Positions 24,059-35,696 of a DNA stretch of 64,000 nucleotides are shown here, in pieces. The stretch comes from Selaginella moellendorffii (Eukaryota; Plantae; Lycopodiophyta), in the NCBI RefSeq assembly GCF_000143415.4, contig NW_003314315.1, positions 124,001-188,000 on the forward strand, given 5' to 3'. Below the pieces are notes generated by a model. It was not told the origin of the DNA and searched no databases. It worked only from the letters and a program-made list of their open reading frames with translations. The translations under genes and the position numbers were made by a program. Numbering within the stretch: the first letter of the stretch is position 1; every line of letters starts with the position of its first letter.

Positions 24059-26072
24059 TCAAAAGTAAGACGCGTTGCCTACATTGCGCATGACTAAAAC
24101 TTTGGTTTCGAGCATGTCGTCCATCGCGTACTTGACACCCTCTCGTTGGATTCCAGAGTCTTTGATCCCACCGTATGGCTGGCTATCAACGCGCATGCTT
24201 GGCGAATCGTTGAGGCAAACTCCTCCAGCCTGTGAGGTGATCAAATAATCATCAAACAATCGATCAATACTTTCTATATCTCAAACGCAAAGCTACCTCT
24301 ATGTGCTCAAATGCATAGAAGGCCTTGTTTAGATCACGCGTAAAGACGCCGGCTTGGAGACCGTAATGCGTGTTGTTAGCTTCCTTCACGGCTTCCTTGA
24401 AATCACTGCGTCACCACCGTTTTAGTTTAGAGAAAGAAAAAAGGAAGTAAAGAAGAACGTCGCAACTTTGAGAGCTTACTTGTATGAGTAGAGAAGGATC
24501 ACGGGACCGAAAATCTCTTCCTTTTTTGCGTCCGTGTCAAAGGGAGCGTCTTCCAGGATCGTTGGCTCCATGAAAGCTCCCCTTCGCTTACCACCAACCA
24601 GAAGTTTGGCGCCTGCCTTCACTGCCTCGTTCACGCTCTTCTCCACAGTAGCTGCCGACGACTCGGATATCATGGGCCCGATGGACGTGTCGTCTTGGCG
24701 AGGATCTCCACCTTTGAGTTTCTTAACCGCAGCGATCAATGCGTCCTTCACCTACACAACCAGCACCAGATACGTTAGATCAAAGCTCGATTTGAGAACA
24801 AAGAATACGATAGAATTTAAAGACGAGTGTCGGATACCTCCTTGTAAAGGCCACCTCTCACGTAAAGGCGCTGCATGTGAATGCACGACTGGCCGCTTTG
24901 ATAGAATCCCCCATGGACCAACCTAGCGATTGTGCCTTCCAGGTCTGGAACGAGATCTTCCACTATGCATGGAGCATTGCCTCCCAGCTCCATAACCACC
25001 TGTAAGAGGAATCAAAGAAGTTGAAGAAAGCGAAGCTCCATCTGAAGGAAGAAAGCGAAGGAAAAAAAGAAAAGAAAAGAGCCGACGAACCTTCTTCTTT
25101 CCGGCTCGAGCTTTCATATTCCAGCCAGCCATGCCAGAGCCTGTAAATGTGAGAAGCTTGAAGCGATCGTCGGTTGTGAAAGCATCAGCTTCGTTGCGAG
25201 TGGTAGGGAGGATGGAAAAGGCACCCTTGGGAAGACTGTCGCACGATGCTAGAATCTCTCCCAGGAAAAGCGCCGAGAGTGGAGTCCGACTGCTCGGCTT
25301 TAGGACAAACGGACACCCCACAGCAATGGCCGGTGCCACCTTGTGTGCAACTAGGTTGAGCGGGAAGTTCCACGGGCTTACCATCGAAACTGGCCCAATA
25401 GGGAACTTCTTTACAATACCCTGCACCAAGCGTTCTTCTTATAACTTGCTAATAGTTGACCAAAAAAAAAGAGTAGCTTACCTCTAGACCTTTGTTGCGT
25501 GCCGAGATATCCAGTGGAAGAACTTCCCCGTAAATTCGAGTAGCTTCCTCGGCAGCTACTTCAAAAGTGTCGATGGATCGCTGAACTTCACCCCTTGCAT
25601 CCTTGATCGGTTTCCCGGACTCGGTGGTTATCAGTTGAGCAACCTCCTCGGACCTTTTTTCGAGCTCCAAAACAATCTGGCAAGCATCAAGAGTCAGTAA
25701 GTGAGAAGGAAACAAATGAAAGAATGGAAAGAATGTGGATGTTTTCTAATGTTTTCTACAAAGAAATTTGGAGCTACGAGAGATGAGAGCGATGCAAAAA
25801 TCCATACCTTTCTAAGCACCGCCTTGCGCTCGTAGGAAGGTAATGCCGCCATCGCCGGCGCCGCTTTCACGCATTCCTGGATCGCCTCTTCGATGTCCTC
25901 GGGAGACGCCAGCGGCACCTTGGCGGCTGGAAAATCCCCATCGCAAATTTTTGAGCGAAATATTTCGATCGATCACATACATACCCGCTTGCCCGGTGTG
26001 CTTGTCGATCACATCCAGGTAATTCGCCGATTGATCCCTGGCGCAGCTCGCAACATACATGGGAAATTTCAT
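24059..26072 (-). CDS. ALDH21: Aldehyde dehydrogenase family 21 (NADP+-dependent SSADH type); start may extend to ~26160
   Basis: PLDISARNKG, IVKKFPIGPVSMVSPWNFPLNLVAHKVAPAIAVGCP, MELGGNAP, catalytic QSCIHMQR and RVDSQPYGGIKDSGIQREGVKYAMDDMLETKVLVMRNVG match moss ALDH21 as I recall it. Confidence 0.88.
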
Positions 26073-26290
26073 CCTGGATCCTGCCGTGGATGCGAAATAC
26101 CTCTCTCCGATCGAAGGAAACTCGACCTAGATAGCCAGCTGCTGGCTTAGATGGCAGCATTTCAAGCGCTCAACGTGTCCCACTCAAAGGCTCTCACTCT
26201 GATAAACCCTAGAAAAGAAGATACGAATATCCGTTCAAAGAATATGCTTTTACAAAACTTTTTCGTTGATACAAGCGCGCGAGGATAATG

Positions 26291-26908
26291 CTAAGCTTGT
26301 CCCAGCCATTTTGCGCGATAGCCAGTTCCTTTGCATTGATCGCAATCCACAACACCCTGGAAACTACCACTCGTTAGAACCGATCAAACGAGAAGAGGAA
26401 GAGATGATCGATCGATCGATCGCTCACCTTTCCAGCGCAAATGTAGCAGCTAGTGTTGTGGGACGAGATCTCGCACAGGACATTGTCGCCGAGGATGAAG
26501 AAGCCCGTCCCTTTGCACCACGGGCACTCTCTCTTGCCGCAAGCTTGGCACCGAGAACAAGCCACCGGCCTGGGTTGCTGGGATCAATCGATCAAACGCG
26601 ATCGCATTCTTCGAAGAATCGCAAGAGGAAAGAATTGCGAAGAGAGGGAGAGATCTTACCTTGGAAATCAGCCATGTCTGCTCCATTCTCTTGATAAACC
26701 CGGGCATGTCCCCCTCCTCCTCTTTGGCGCTGTCCGATGGCCCCGCGATCACGCCCGAGCTTGCTACTACGCGAATCCTGGATGAAACCACTCGATGCCT
26801 CCAGATTCTACTGTGAATCCCCGGCGCTGGAACCGCATCGAAGCTACAGGAGCAGCCGCCACTGGGCGCCGGACCAGCGCCGACGATGATCGCTCTCGAC
26901 GATTCCAT
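26291..26908 (-). CDS. DnaJ/Hsp40 cysteine-rich zinc-finger protein (At5g17840-like), probable plastid transit peptide
   Basis: KRMEQTWLISK|QPRPVACSRCQACGKRECPWCKGTGFFILGDNVLC..TSCYICAGK|GVVDCDQCKGTGYRAKWLGQA*. Confidence 0.88.
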
Positions 26909-26990
26909 TTACCCTAGATTCTGAGCGAATATCCTTACACTTGAACATGACTCTCGTGTTCATGGGGCCTAGGGTTCTTCCAGGTTTTCC

Positions 26991-29683
26991 ATGGAAGATG
27001 GAGCTCGCATCGATTTGGCAGAGCCGCTGCTGGATGGGAACAAGCCCGGCGACCTCCAGCCGGGCGCATTGGATAGCTTGAATTACGAGTAGCGATTCTT
27101 TCTCTCCTCGTTTCCTTCAATGTTCTTGAGTGATCTCTTCTTTTTCTTGCAGAATCGTGGAGAATGATCTGTATCGGCAAGACTGGCGATTAACTTCGCG
27201 ATTCGGCATACTCCATTACACAATCTGCAAGTGGATCCTGGTATTTCTGGTTGGATTTTGGACCGGCGTCGTGTCTCTCTTGATCAATGTGGCTGTGGAG
27301 AACATTGCTGGGACGAGATTTCTTGCGACAGTCGATTTGATGGCTTCTAACAGGTATGATTTCTTTCGTTTTCCGCAAGAACAGTATCAGTATCTAGAAA
27401 AAATAAATCTTAGAGATGTCTCTTAGAAGTGTTTTTTCGTTTGCTAGCGACTTGTGATTCTTTGAAATAACTGGTCCATTTTTTTCTTTTTTTGTTTTTC
27501 GGGCTCAGAATCGCTATGGCTTTCGCTGTCTATGCCGGAAGCAATATCGTGCTGGTTCTACTATCGGCTTTACTTTGCATTTACGTTGCTCCAGAAGCGG
27601 CAGGATCCGGAGTTCCGGAAGTCGAAGCTTATCTCAATGGTGTCGATTGCTCCTCGGCCTTGAGTTTCAACACATTTTTTGTCAAGGTTTGCGTTGTTTC
27701 TTCATTAAATCTTCATCGATGAAGGTGCTTTCGTGTTCGATCTTTTGAGTTTGATCTTCCAGGTGGTAGGAATTGTTGGTGCTCTTTCGAGCGGTCTTAT
27801 GTGTGGTAAAGCTGGGCCTTTGGTTCATATGGCCGCTTGTATAGCGGTTTTCTTCGGGCAGCCTGGTTTTACACATCGTTTGCTGGGTTTTACGAAGCTA
27901 GATCTTCTTGACAACGATAAAAACCGTCAGGATCTCGTCGCTTGCGGAGCTGCCGCGGGGCTTGCTGCGGCTTTTCGAGCACCCATCGGTGGAGTTCTGT
28001 TTGCTTTGGAAGAAGCTGCCTCATGGTAAGAGTGAGGGATTTTCTTCTACGCATTATCTTTCTCTTGATCGTTAAGCTGCATTTCTGGCTTCGCAGGTGG
28101 AGAAGCGCGCTGCTATGGAGGACCTTCTTTACAACTGCAGTCGTCTCCTACGTCCTGAGAATCGGCATTCACTGGTGCCGCCATGGTCACTGTGGAAGCT
28201 ACGGAAAGGGTGGCTTGATACTTTTCGACGTAGGAGACGCGCGAGTAAACTATGGTTTGCTCGAGCTAGTTCCAGTCGCAATTCTGGGTGTTATAGGCGG
28301 CACACTGGGAAGCTTGTACAACCATCTTCACGCGCATTTCTTCTTGTTCAACACAAAGTGGCAAAGCAGGTACTTTTTCAAGTTTTTTCTTCTCGCGCCT
28401 ACTTATGCGTGTTTATTTGGCTGTAGAAAAGGAGTTTTTGCCAAGCTCTTTCATGCTGCGCTGGTAGCGTTTATCACTTCTATCTGCAGCTTTGGCCTTC
28501 CTTGGCTTGCCCCATGCCGGCAATGCCCCCCAAATAACGAAGAATGCCCGACTCACGGACGCGTTGGAAACTACAAAGCTTTCAACTGTCCTCCTGGTCA
28601 CTACAACGATCTGGCCGGGCTTATATTCAACACCACCGAGGACGCGATACGAAACCTTTTCAGCCTTGGTACGCCCTTCGAGTACAACTATATCACGCTG
28701 CTGATCTTCACGGCTTCGTCCTATATGCTCGCCTTGATGACTTACGGGATCCTCGTTCCATCGGGGTTATTCGTTCCGGCAATTCTCTGTGGAGCAACTT
28801 ATGGCCGGCTCGCTGGCATGGTGATGGTTTCGATATTTGGACACGACCGTCTGGACGAGAGCATGTACGCTATCATCGGTGCTGCTTCTTTCCTCGGTGG
28901 CTCCATGAGGATGACGGTCTCTCTCTGCGTCGTCATTCTGGAGCTCACGAACAACTTATCGATGCTTCCGCTGGTGATGTTTGTGCTGCTCATCTCCAAG
29001 GTGGTCGGGGACTGTTTCAACAATGGGATCTTCAAGCTCCACATCGACATCAAGGGGTTTGATTTTCTCAAGGAGGCTCCTCCTCCGTTTAGGTCCCAGC
29101 TTACAGCTCGTGATGCCATCCTGACGCCTCCAGTGACACTGTACCGCGAAGAGAAGATTGGGAGAATTCTTGACGTCCTCTCCGCCTGTTCCTACAACGC
29201 CTTTCCGGTGCTGGATCGTGAACCCGACGGCAAGGACAGGTTTTTCGGGATGGTTTTGCGAGCTCACATCCACGTCCTCCTGGAGATGAGATCCGCGAAC
29301 TCGCCGAAGAAGATCGCAGTGAAAACCGTGAGAAAACACCCGGCTGCTCAACGATCTCTCTCGGGGAATTGTTTGGAGGTGGAGAGCCTGCTCGATCTAA
29401 CTCCAGTCGTGAACCAGTCGCCTTACACGGTGTTAGAGACACTGTCACTGGCAAAGACGTACTCTCTCTTCCGGCAGCTTGCGTTGAGACATCTTTGTGT
29501 TCTTTCCAAGAACAAGGAGGTATGTATGTTTCTCTCTCTTTTTTCTCTCTTTTTTTATGCTCACTTCCTTCACAGGGATCTCCCGTGGTGGGAGTGTTAA
29601 CGAGGCACGATTTTATGCAAAGCTCTCTCTGGAAGAAGCATCCACAACTGGGACGTTTATCTTCTTTCCGGATTTTGGAGTGA
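26991..29683 (+). CDS. CLC: CLC chloride channel/transporter with CBS domains
   Basis: LDSLNYE|IVENDLY, GSGVPE, GKAGP, FRAPIGGVLFALEE, VPSGLFVP, GGSMRMTVSLCV and C-terminal CBS domains. Confidence 0.93.
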
Positions 29684-31570
29684 TGATGAACGACGGAGCT
29701 GGATTTTGTTTAGTCCGACGGCTGCGATTCGCGATCAACTTACTCTCAGATCAAAACTAACCTCTGTTTAATACAAATAAGATCTTAGTCGACACTGATT
29801 TCTTCGACAGGGCCGCCGAGAATGCCACTCTTGCCTGCGCAAGATCGATCCTCCATGTCCGGGTGCCTGGAATCACTCTGGAGATTGTCTGCTTTCTCAG
29901 GTTTTGAAAGGTGGCAGAAAATTCAAGACTGCCATCCTTCAGAATGTCGATGACGTCTGTGCAGCAGCAGTTGGTCTCAGCATGCACGTCGTTTCCCGCG
30001 ATCCGGCAAACACCGACTCGATCGTCTTGAGCTGCGTCAAGGAAGCTCAAACCAGCGCCACCTCTCGTACGTTTCCTCGAATGACAGAGTCAAAAACACT
30101 GTGTATATGCTGTTTTTGATAGTCTCGCGGTGCCCAACTGGAAGCATGAGAAGAAGATAGGATGGACCGGTGAGTGGGTTAGGCCACCAACGAGGACGCG
30201 AAAACGATAATCCAACTTACGCTTTTTCATCCATGGGAACACTCTCGCTGCATTCATCGCAATGACACCACCAGAGCAGCTCGCAGCCGCGAAGCATTTC
30301 GCCAAATCTTGCCGCTCCCCCTGCAATATATAGTGCGAGTATGGACAAGTGGAGAGACGTGTGGGATCAGGATATGGTGCAGTCGAGCCTGATGGCTCCA
30401 ATCGTGCGGCTACGGACATGAATTCCCGAAATGAAAGTGGGGGACAGGGACAGGCTCAGAGCGGATGTACGAGTTTCAAAAGCATTCACAGGTGCAGAAA
30501 CGTGCTGCATTTTTCAAAGAACAAGTTGAAGCTGTGGAGCCACAAAAAAGTTGGAAGTATTGGAATTGGAGCCACCCCTTCCGCCATCCAAGCAGGCCCT
30601 GGATTGATTGCATGGAGGGTCTGGCTCGTCCTTATTTCCCTCCTGCGGCTGAGCTGGACGAGGAATGGAACTCGGGGGACCGCCTCCATACTCTCTGCTT
30701 GGCGGGGAGGATTGGGACGAGTCGCCAGCAATCCCAGCGACGCACAGCTTTGAGGCGGCTAGCCTTTGACGACTTCCAAGAGACTGTCAACAAGAAGTGC
30801 ATGGCTAGCAGCTTTGGCTTCTCCTCAAACAGGCGCGTCGCCCTCCTCCGTCAAGGACGCTTTGAAGAGTTTGGCCGAGCTCATGATGCGCGAGGAAGCT
30901 CCGACTCGTACCACTTCGTCGAGAAAGAGAAAGGACGCTACCACTACCGCTGCTGCTGCTGCTGCTACAAAAGATGGTGGTGGAGTCCAAGAGAAAGAAA
31001 CCGAGCAATGACATCTTCACGCTGTGGGAGAACTTCAAGTACGGGAATCAGCCGGCTGCTACTCCACTTCTCTCAACTTCCAGAAGCTTCAAGAGGCCCT
31101 CGAGCTCCATATTCTCTGGGACAGAACAACAGTTCCACTTGCAGAGGAGGAAAGCGTGCAAAACGAACCATGATTTGCCCACTTGGAACAGAACTTTGGG
31201 AACCAGGTTCCCGGGATCTCTCTTCAAGCTCACTCGTCTCTTTACAGAGGTTGCCAGAAAACAAGCCACGCGGTAGAGAACTTAGACAAAACTTTGAGAC
31301 GAGGTTCCAATTACCAGGTTCGACTTCGAACCTCCTGTGTTGTACAAGCCCGCTTTGTTTTACACAGGTCTCGCTAGCTAGACGTAAAGCCTCCTAACTT
31401 ACCACTTTACCATTCGCTCGTCGGCCAGCTTCGCAAGTACTACGTAGCCTCCACTTCTCTCCCATTTTACAAGTGTTTGTCTCTCGCCGAATACCCACTC
31501 TATACTCGTAAACCTGCAAGAGAAGAAGATTGACAGAGAGAAAGAGAGCCAAAGGATCACAAACCTCTTT

Positions 31571-31619
31571 CTATTGCATAACAACAACTCCACCCGTTTT
31601 CTGCTGCTGCTGCTGTTGT

Positions 31620-31657
<38 letters not shown>

Positions 31658-33763
31658 CTGAATTTGTTGCTGCTGCTGCTGTTGAATTTGTTGTTGCTGC
31701 TGCTGCTGCTGAATCTGCTGCCGTAGCTGCAGCTGCATCTGCTGCTGTAACATACAGGCATGGTACATGTCCATTGTCATGTTTAGTGGCTGCCAAAGAA
31801 ACAAGACAACACAGAAGTCCACGTTTTATAAGAGCAAACCTTTCAACTGTGAGTGGAGGAGCACGAGGTAAAAGAACGAGGAGAGAAATATGGGAACGGG
31901 CTTTGCTTGCTTACCATGGGGCCGCTGGTTAAGGGTCGCCCGGCGGAGTCCATTACTCCCATTCCCATCACTCCCATCCCCATACCCATTCCCATCCCCA
32001 GCGTTGGCATCTGCGGCATTTGCAAGTGCTGCATCCCCGCTGGGATTATCATTGGTGGTAAGCTCAAGCCGGTCCTCATAGCCATCATCTGGAAGAGACC
32101 AGGAACACAAAGAGAAAGCTTGTTACAATGAGACTTTGCTGGATCCAGGTGAAAGTACCTGGAGTTGGAGCTGGAGCATCTTGAGATACTCGATCGCTTC
32201 GTCCAGCATTGATGCCTTGTCCGTCTGGTAGAGAAAGTGGTGTCTCTCAGCGGGAGAAAGCTTTGAAAAGAGCTTACCTTGTTGGAGTTTGGTATAAGTT
32301 CTTGCAAAGCTTTCATCTTCTCGTTTATCCGGTCGCGCCTTCTCTGCGATCCAGGAGAAAAAAACGTTCATGATGCAAAAACGTTTGAGAACAACCGAGA
32401 CGACGTACCCGCTCGGAAAGATTGTGCACCTCGGCTGCCCTGCTTCGCTTGGAACTCGTCCGCGCGGGCGGGGCCTTCTTTACATCAACCGATTCTCCTT
32501 CCACGTCCTAGATCCGACACAAAAGTTCAAGACACCACCAAAGAACAACCACTTACTTCGCTTTGGCAGTCCGCAGACTCGTCCACACTCTTCACCTTCC
32601 TCTTTCCTTTGGCATTGCTTCCCTTGGCTCCGTCCGCGCTGTGACCGGATCCACCCGAGGACGAAGTTAGCGTCTGCTCGTTCCCATCAGCAGCAGTCGC
32701 ACTGGAGCTCGGCTGACAATTTCCCCTTGTCCCTGCCGCCTCTTTCCTCGACGTGCAACTTATCAGTGATGGCAAGCTCGACTGGCTCACGCTCTGCTGC
32801 GCCTCCGAGCTCTGTTCTTGAGCAACTGCGCTCCTCTGCGTGGGAGCCGAGCCAATCGATCCTTCGACAACACCGTTGGACGCAGCCGCCGGTGCCACTG
32901 CTACCGCAGCATCGTTCTTCTTAAACTGCATCTGCAAATGGTTCGTGATGCTCGTACTACACTTCCCGAGCGTGTGCAAACTCGCCTTCGCGATCACGGC
33001 CGGTCGAGAAAAGTGTGAGAAGTTGAGCGACGAGTTGACTTTGTGAGCCTTGGGTGGCAGCATGGCAAGATGACGAGGCTTTTTCGCCGGATCGGCCCAC
33101 TGTGACGCCCCTGCCGGATGAATCCCAACACCATCTGTAGCTGAGTCCCTCGACCCTGTTCTAGCCATCGTCGGAGCTCCGCTAGAAGCCTGTTGTTGCG
33201 AATCACGGGGAGCCGCCTGGGTGGCGCATGAGGACTGATCATGCAAAGCCTGAGTGCTGAAGATGTCTGAGCAATTGTTCTTATCCAGATTGTCGTCCGG
33301 ATACTGCAACCAGGAGATCAATTCATCATCTTCGTAAGCAGCAGCAGCAGCAGCAGCAGTAGTAGCAGCCACGGTCTCTGTCCCGACCGCGCTGATCACC
33401 ACAGCATCCAAAGTTCCATCTTTTATCCTGTTGTCGCTGGATGGCTTGCTACTCGAGGGTGCCAATCGATCCTCATTGCTGTGCCTGTTGTTACCCCAGA
33501 ATCCTGAAGAGACCCACTGCGAATTCTTGTTTCCGCCGACTTGCATCACGCCCAAGCTCCCATCGCTCGTCCATATCAACTCGGAGAAATCGTTCTCGCA
33601 GCTGCCATGATAGTGGAGAGTGTAAGCATTGTCAAGAACAACACCAAAAAAATAAAATAAAATCTGGAAAGAGCACTCACAACTTTGGATTGTTCTTTGC
33701 TGCTGGCGATTCCTGAGATTTTTCTGTTGGAAATTCATCGCATTCGGGAACACAATGATTCAT
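31571..33763 (-). CDS. PIF: Phytochrome-interacting factor (PIF)-type bHLH with APB and APA motifs and a C-terminal poly-Q
   Basis: Starts MNHCVPE. APB-like NDFSELIWTSDG, DELISWLQYP, APA LNFSHFSRP. bHLH KRSRAAEVHNLSER|RRRDRINEKMKALQELIPNSNK|TDKASMLDEAIEYLKMLQLQLQ. Confidence 0.9.
31601..31746 (-). repeat. (CAG/CAA)n poly-glutamine repeat in the last PIF exon
   Basis: ORF 31571-31822 translates to QQQMQLQLRQQIQ9IQ8IQ21K-like runs. Confidence 0.9.
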
Positions 33764-35696
33764 GCCTGCAATCGACCGAAATTTCCAGTGAATGCAGGTG
33801 TGGGATCGATGATACCTTGCGAGGCAGCTCTGGTAGACCCAAAATCGAATCCGACGATCACTCTCCTGGATCCGCTGGAAGCCTCGCGCCTCCAGCCGTC
33901 AAGCCGCAAAAAACAGAAAAACCCTAGCCCCCTGACTGCGAGCTTCCTGCTCTAAGCTCCATGAATCGAGCACTCCTAGAACCATCGATCGTGGCGATGG
34001 ATACAAGATCTCCGGCGAGGGATCGTCAGGATCAGATCGCCCCAAGAAGCGCAAGAGAGCAATTTCTCAAGTCGATTCTAGCCTCTACTCCTAGAACAGC
34101 CAAGCAATCAGCGACATCTTTCGTGATAGATCCGACGGCCAGGATGGAGCATTGCCCGCCAAGTGCGCAGATCTTTCCCGGAATGATGCTCGCAGCGGAA
34201 TGGCGACTCGATGGCGCAACCTAGACCGTTTGATGTTTACCTTTTATCTCATGAGATTCCCGCTCAAATTTAAGTTCTAGGGCTTTGTGGGTGAATAATA
34301 TTTCACGAGCGGATCGATCGAGCGAGGCGCGGCGCCAGGTTCATCCTAGATTTCTTCCACCTGGAGTGGATCTACGCTTCCTTGACGCTGGCCCCGGGAT
34401 GGAAGCCATGGCGGGCAAGCATCGCCAAGGAGCGCGCGTCATTAGACGATCGATCGAGATCATTGTTTTTTCATCCTCTCCAGGTGGGCCAATCTTTGCT
34501 AGGCCAATCTCCACAGTAATCGCGTGGATTGGATTGATCACTTTCATAGTTTGTCTGGGAAATTGATTGAGCTGATTGTTCTTCCCCTCTTCCTCGATTG
34601 ATTAGTCTTTTTCCCGTTTATTTTTCACTGTCAGGTCCTCCACATGCTAAGCAGGGGCCCATACCTCTGGCCATGAAATATTGGCTGCCACTATGAAGAT
34701 TTGGTTCATTGTCGGTATAAGGTAATGCCAAGCCAGTGATAAGCCTTACGTTTGCAAGTAAGCCTCCAAAGGCCTAGTCGCTGTCAGGTGGGATAATTTT
34801 TGCTTTTGCTGCCACACTTTGATTGACAAGAAAACGATATTTGTTGTGCAGCAAACTCAGAACTGGGTTGTCGAGCTTGGCTTGGTGTGCGAGACTAAAA
34901 AATTTTGGTGGCAAGTGTGGAGCGAGTCTTCAACACTCCCGGGTTTTATATCGTAAACGTGCTCCGGAAATTGGTAACTTTGGCCCGAACGTCGTTAATT
35001 CTCGTTTTCTTATAGGCCATCAACAGGAGACTTTTCAAAGGGCATCTTAGTTGGACCTTGGCTGCTATCAATCACCCCAATTTGGATGCTTGCACAGGCC
35101 TATTGCTACGCTTGGCAACGAGTGCTCATTTTGTCAACGAGCGCCGTGGGTGATTTGCAATGTTCCGTCCGCTCGGAAAAAAGCAAGGACAGTGTTTTTC
35201 CGGGAGCGCTTCCGAAGTAATTATCCCCTTCTAGTACTGCATCCCTTTCTACTTGGGCTCCACCGGGAAAATCCTGCTTGCAGGTTCGAAAGTGTCGCTT
35301 TTTCTCTAACTTCGCTCCTGTTGCAGAAGATTCAAGCTGCAAGATGCTCTTACCACATATCGTGCTCACGACATTCAAGAGCTCAGGGACAAAGTGCGCA
35401 GCAGCGAGCACGAGGGGCATTGTACTGGGACTGCTCCTCGGCCACCCGTTCCTAAAATTCGTCAAAAGTGAGTGATGCCAAACTTCATTGGCTGTCATGC
35501 CTCGACGTTTCTCACTCGGGGGGCTTTCAGTTGGAACGACGAGAGAAATCCGGTGCGAAGATTGCTCCCGCGTACGCTCCACTTGCTCTGAGGCGTAACA
35601 ATCCAATTCGTCGCTTAAAATCGTTTTAAGGTGATACCATTGCTATATTTTGATTTTTGTTTGTTTTCCAGGCACCATTTTAGGGTTTTGGGAATT

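Noticed and set aside
34823-35606. ORFs between PIF and COG3
   Set aside because: No recognisable homology; they lie in the promoter/5' region of two divergent genes.
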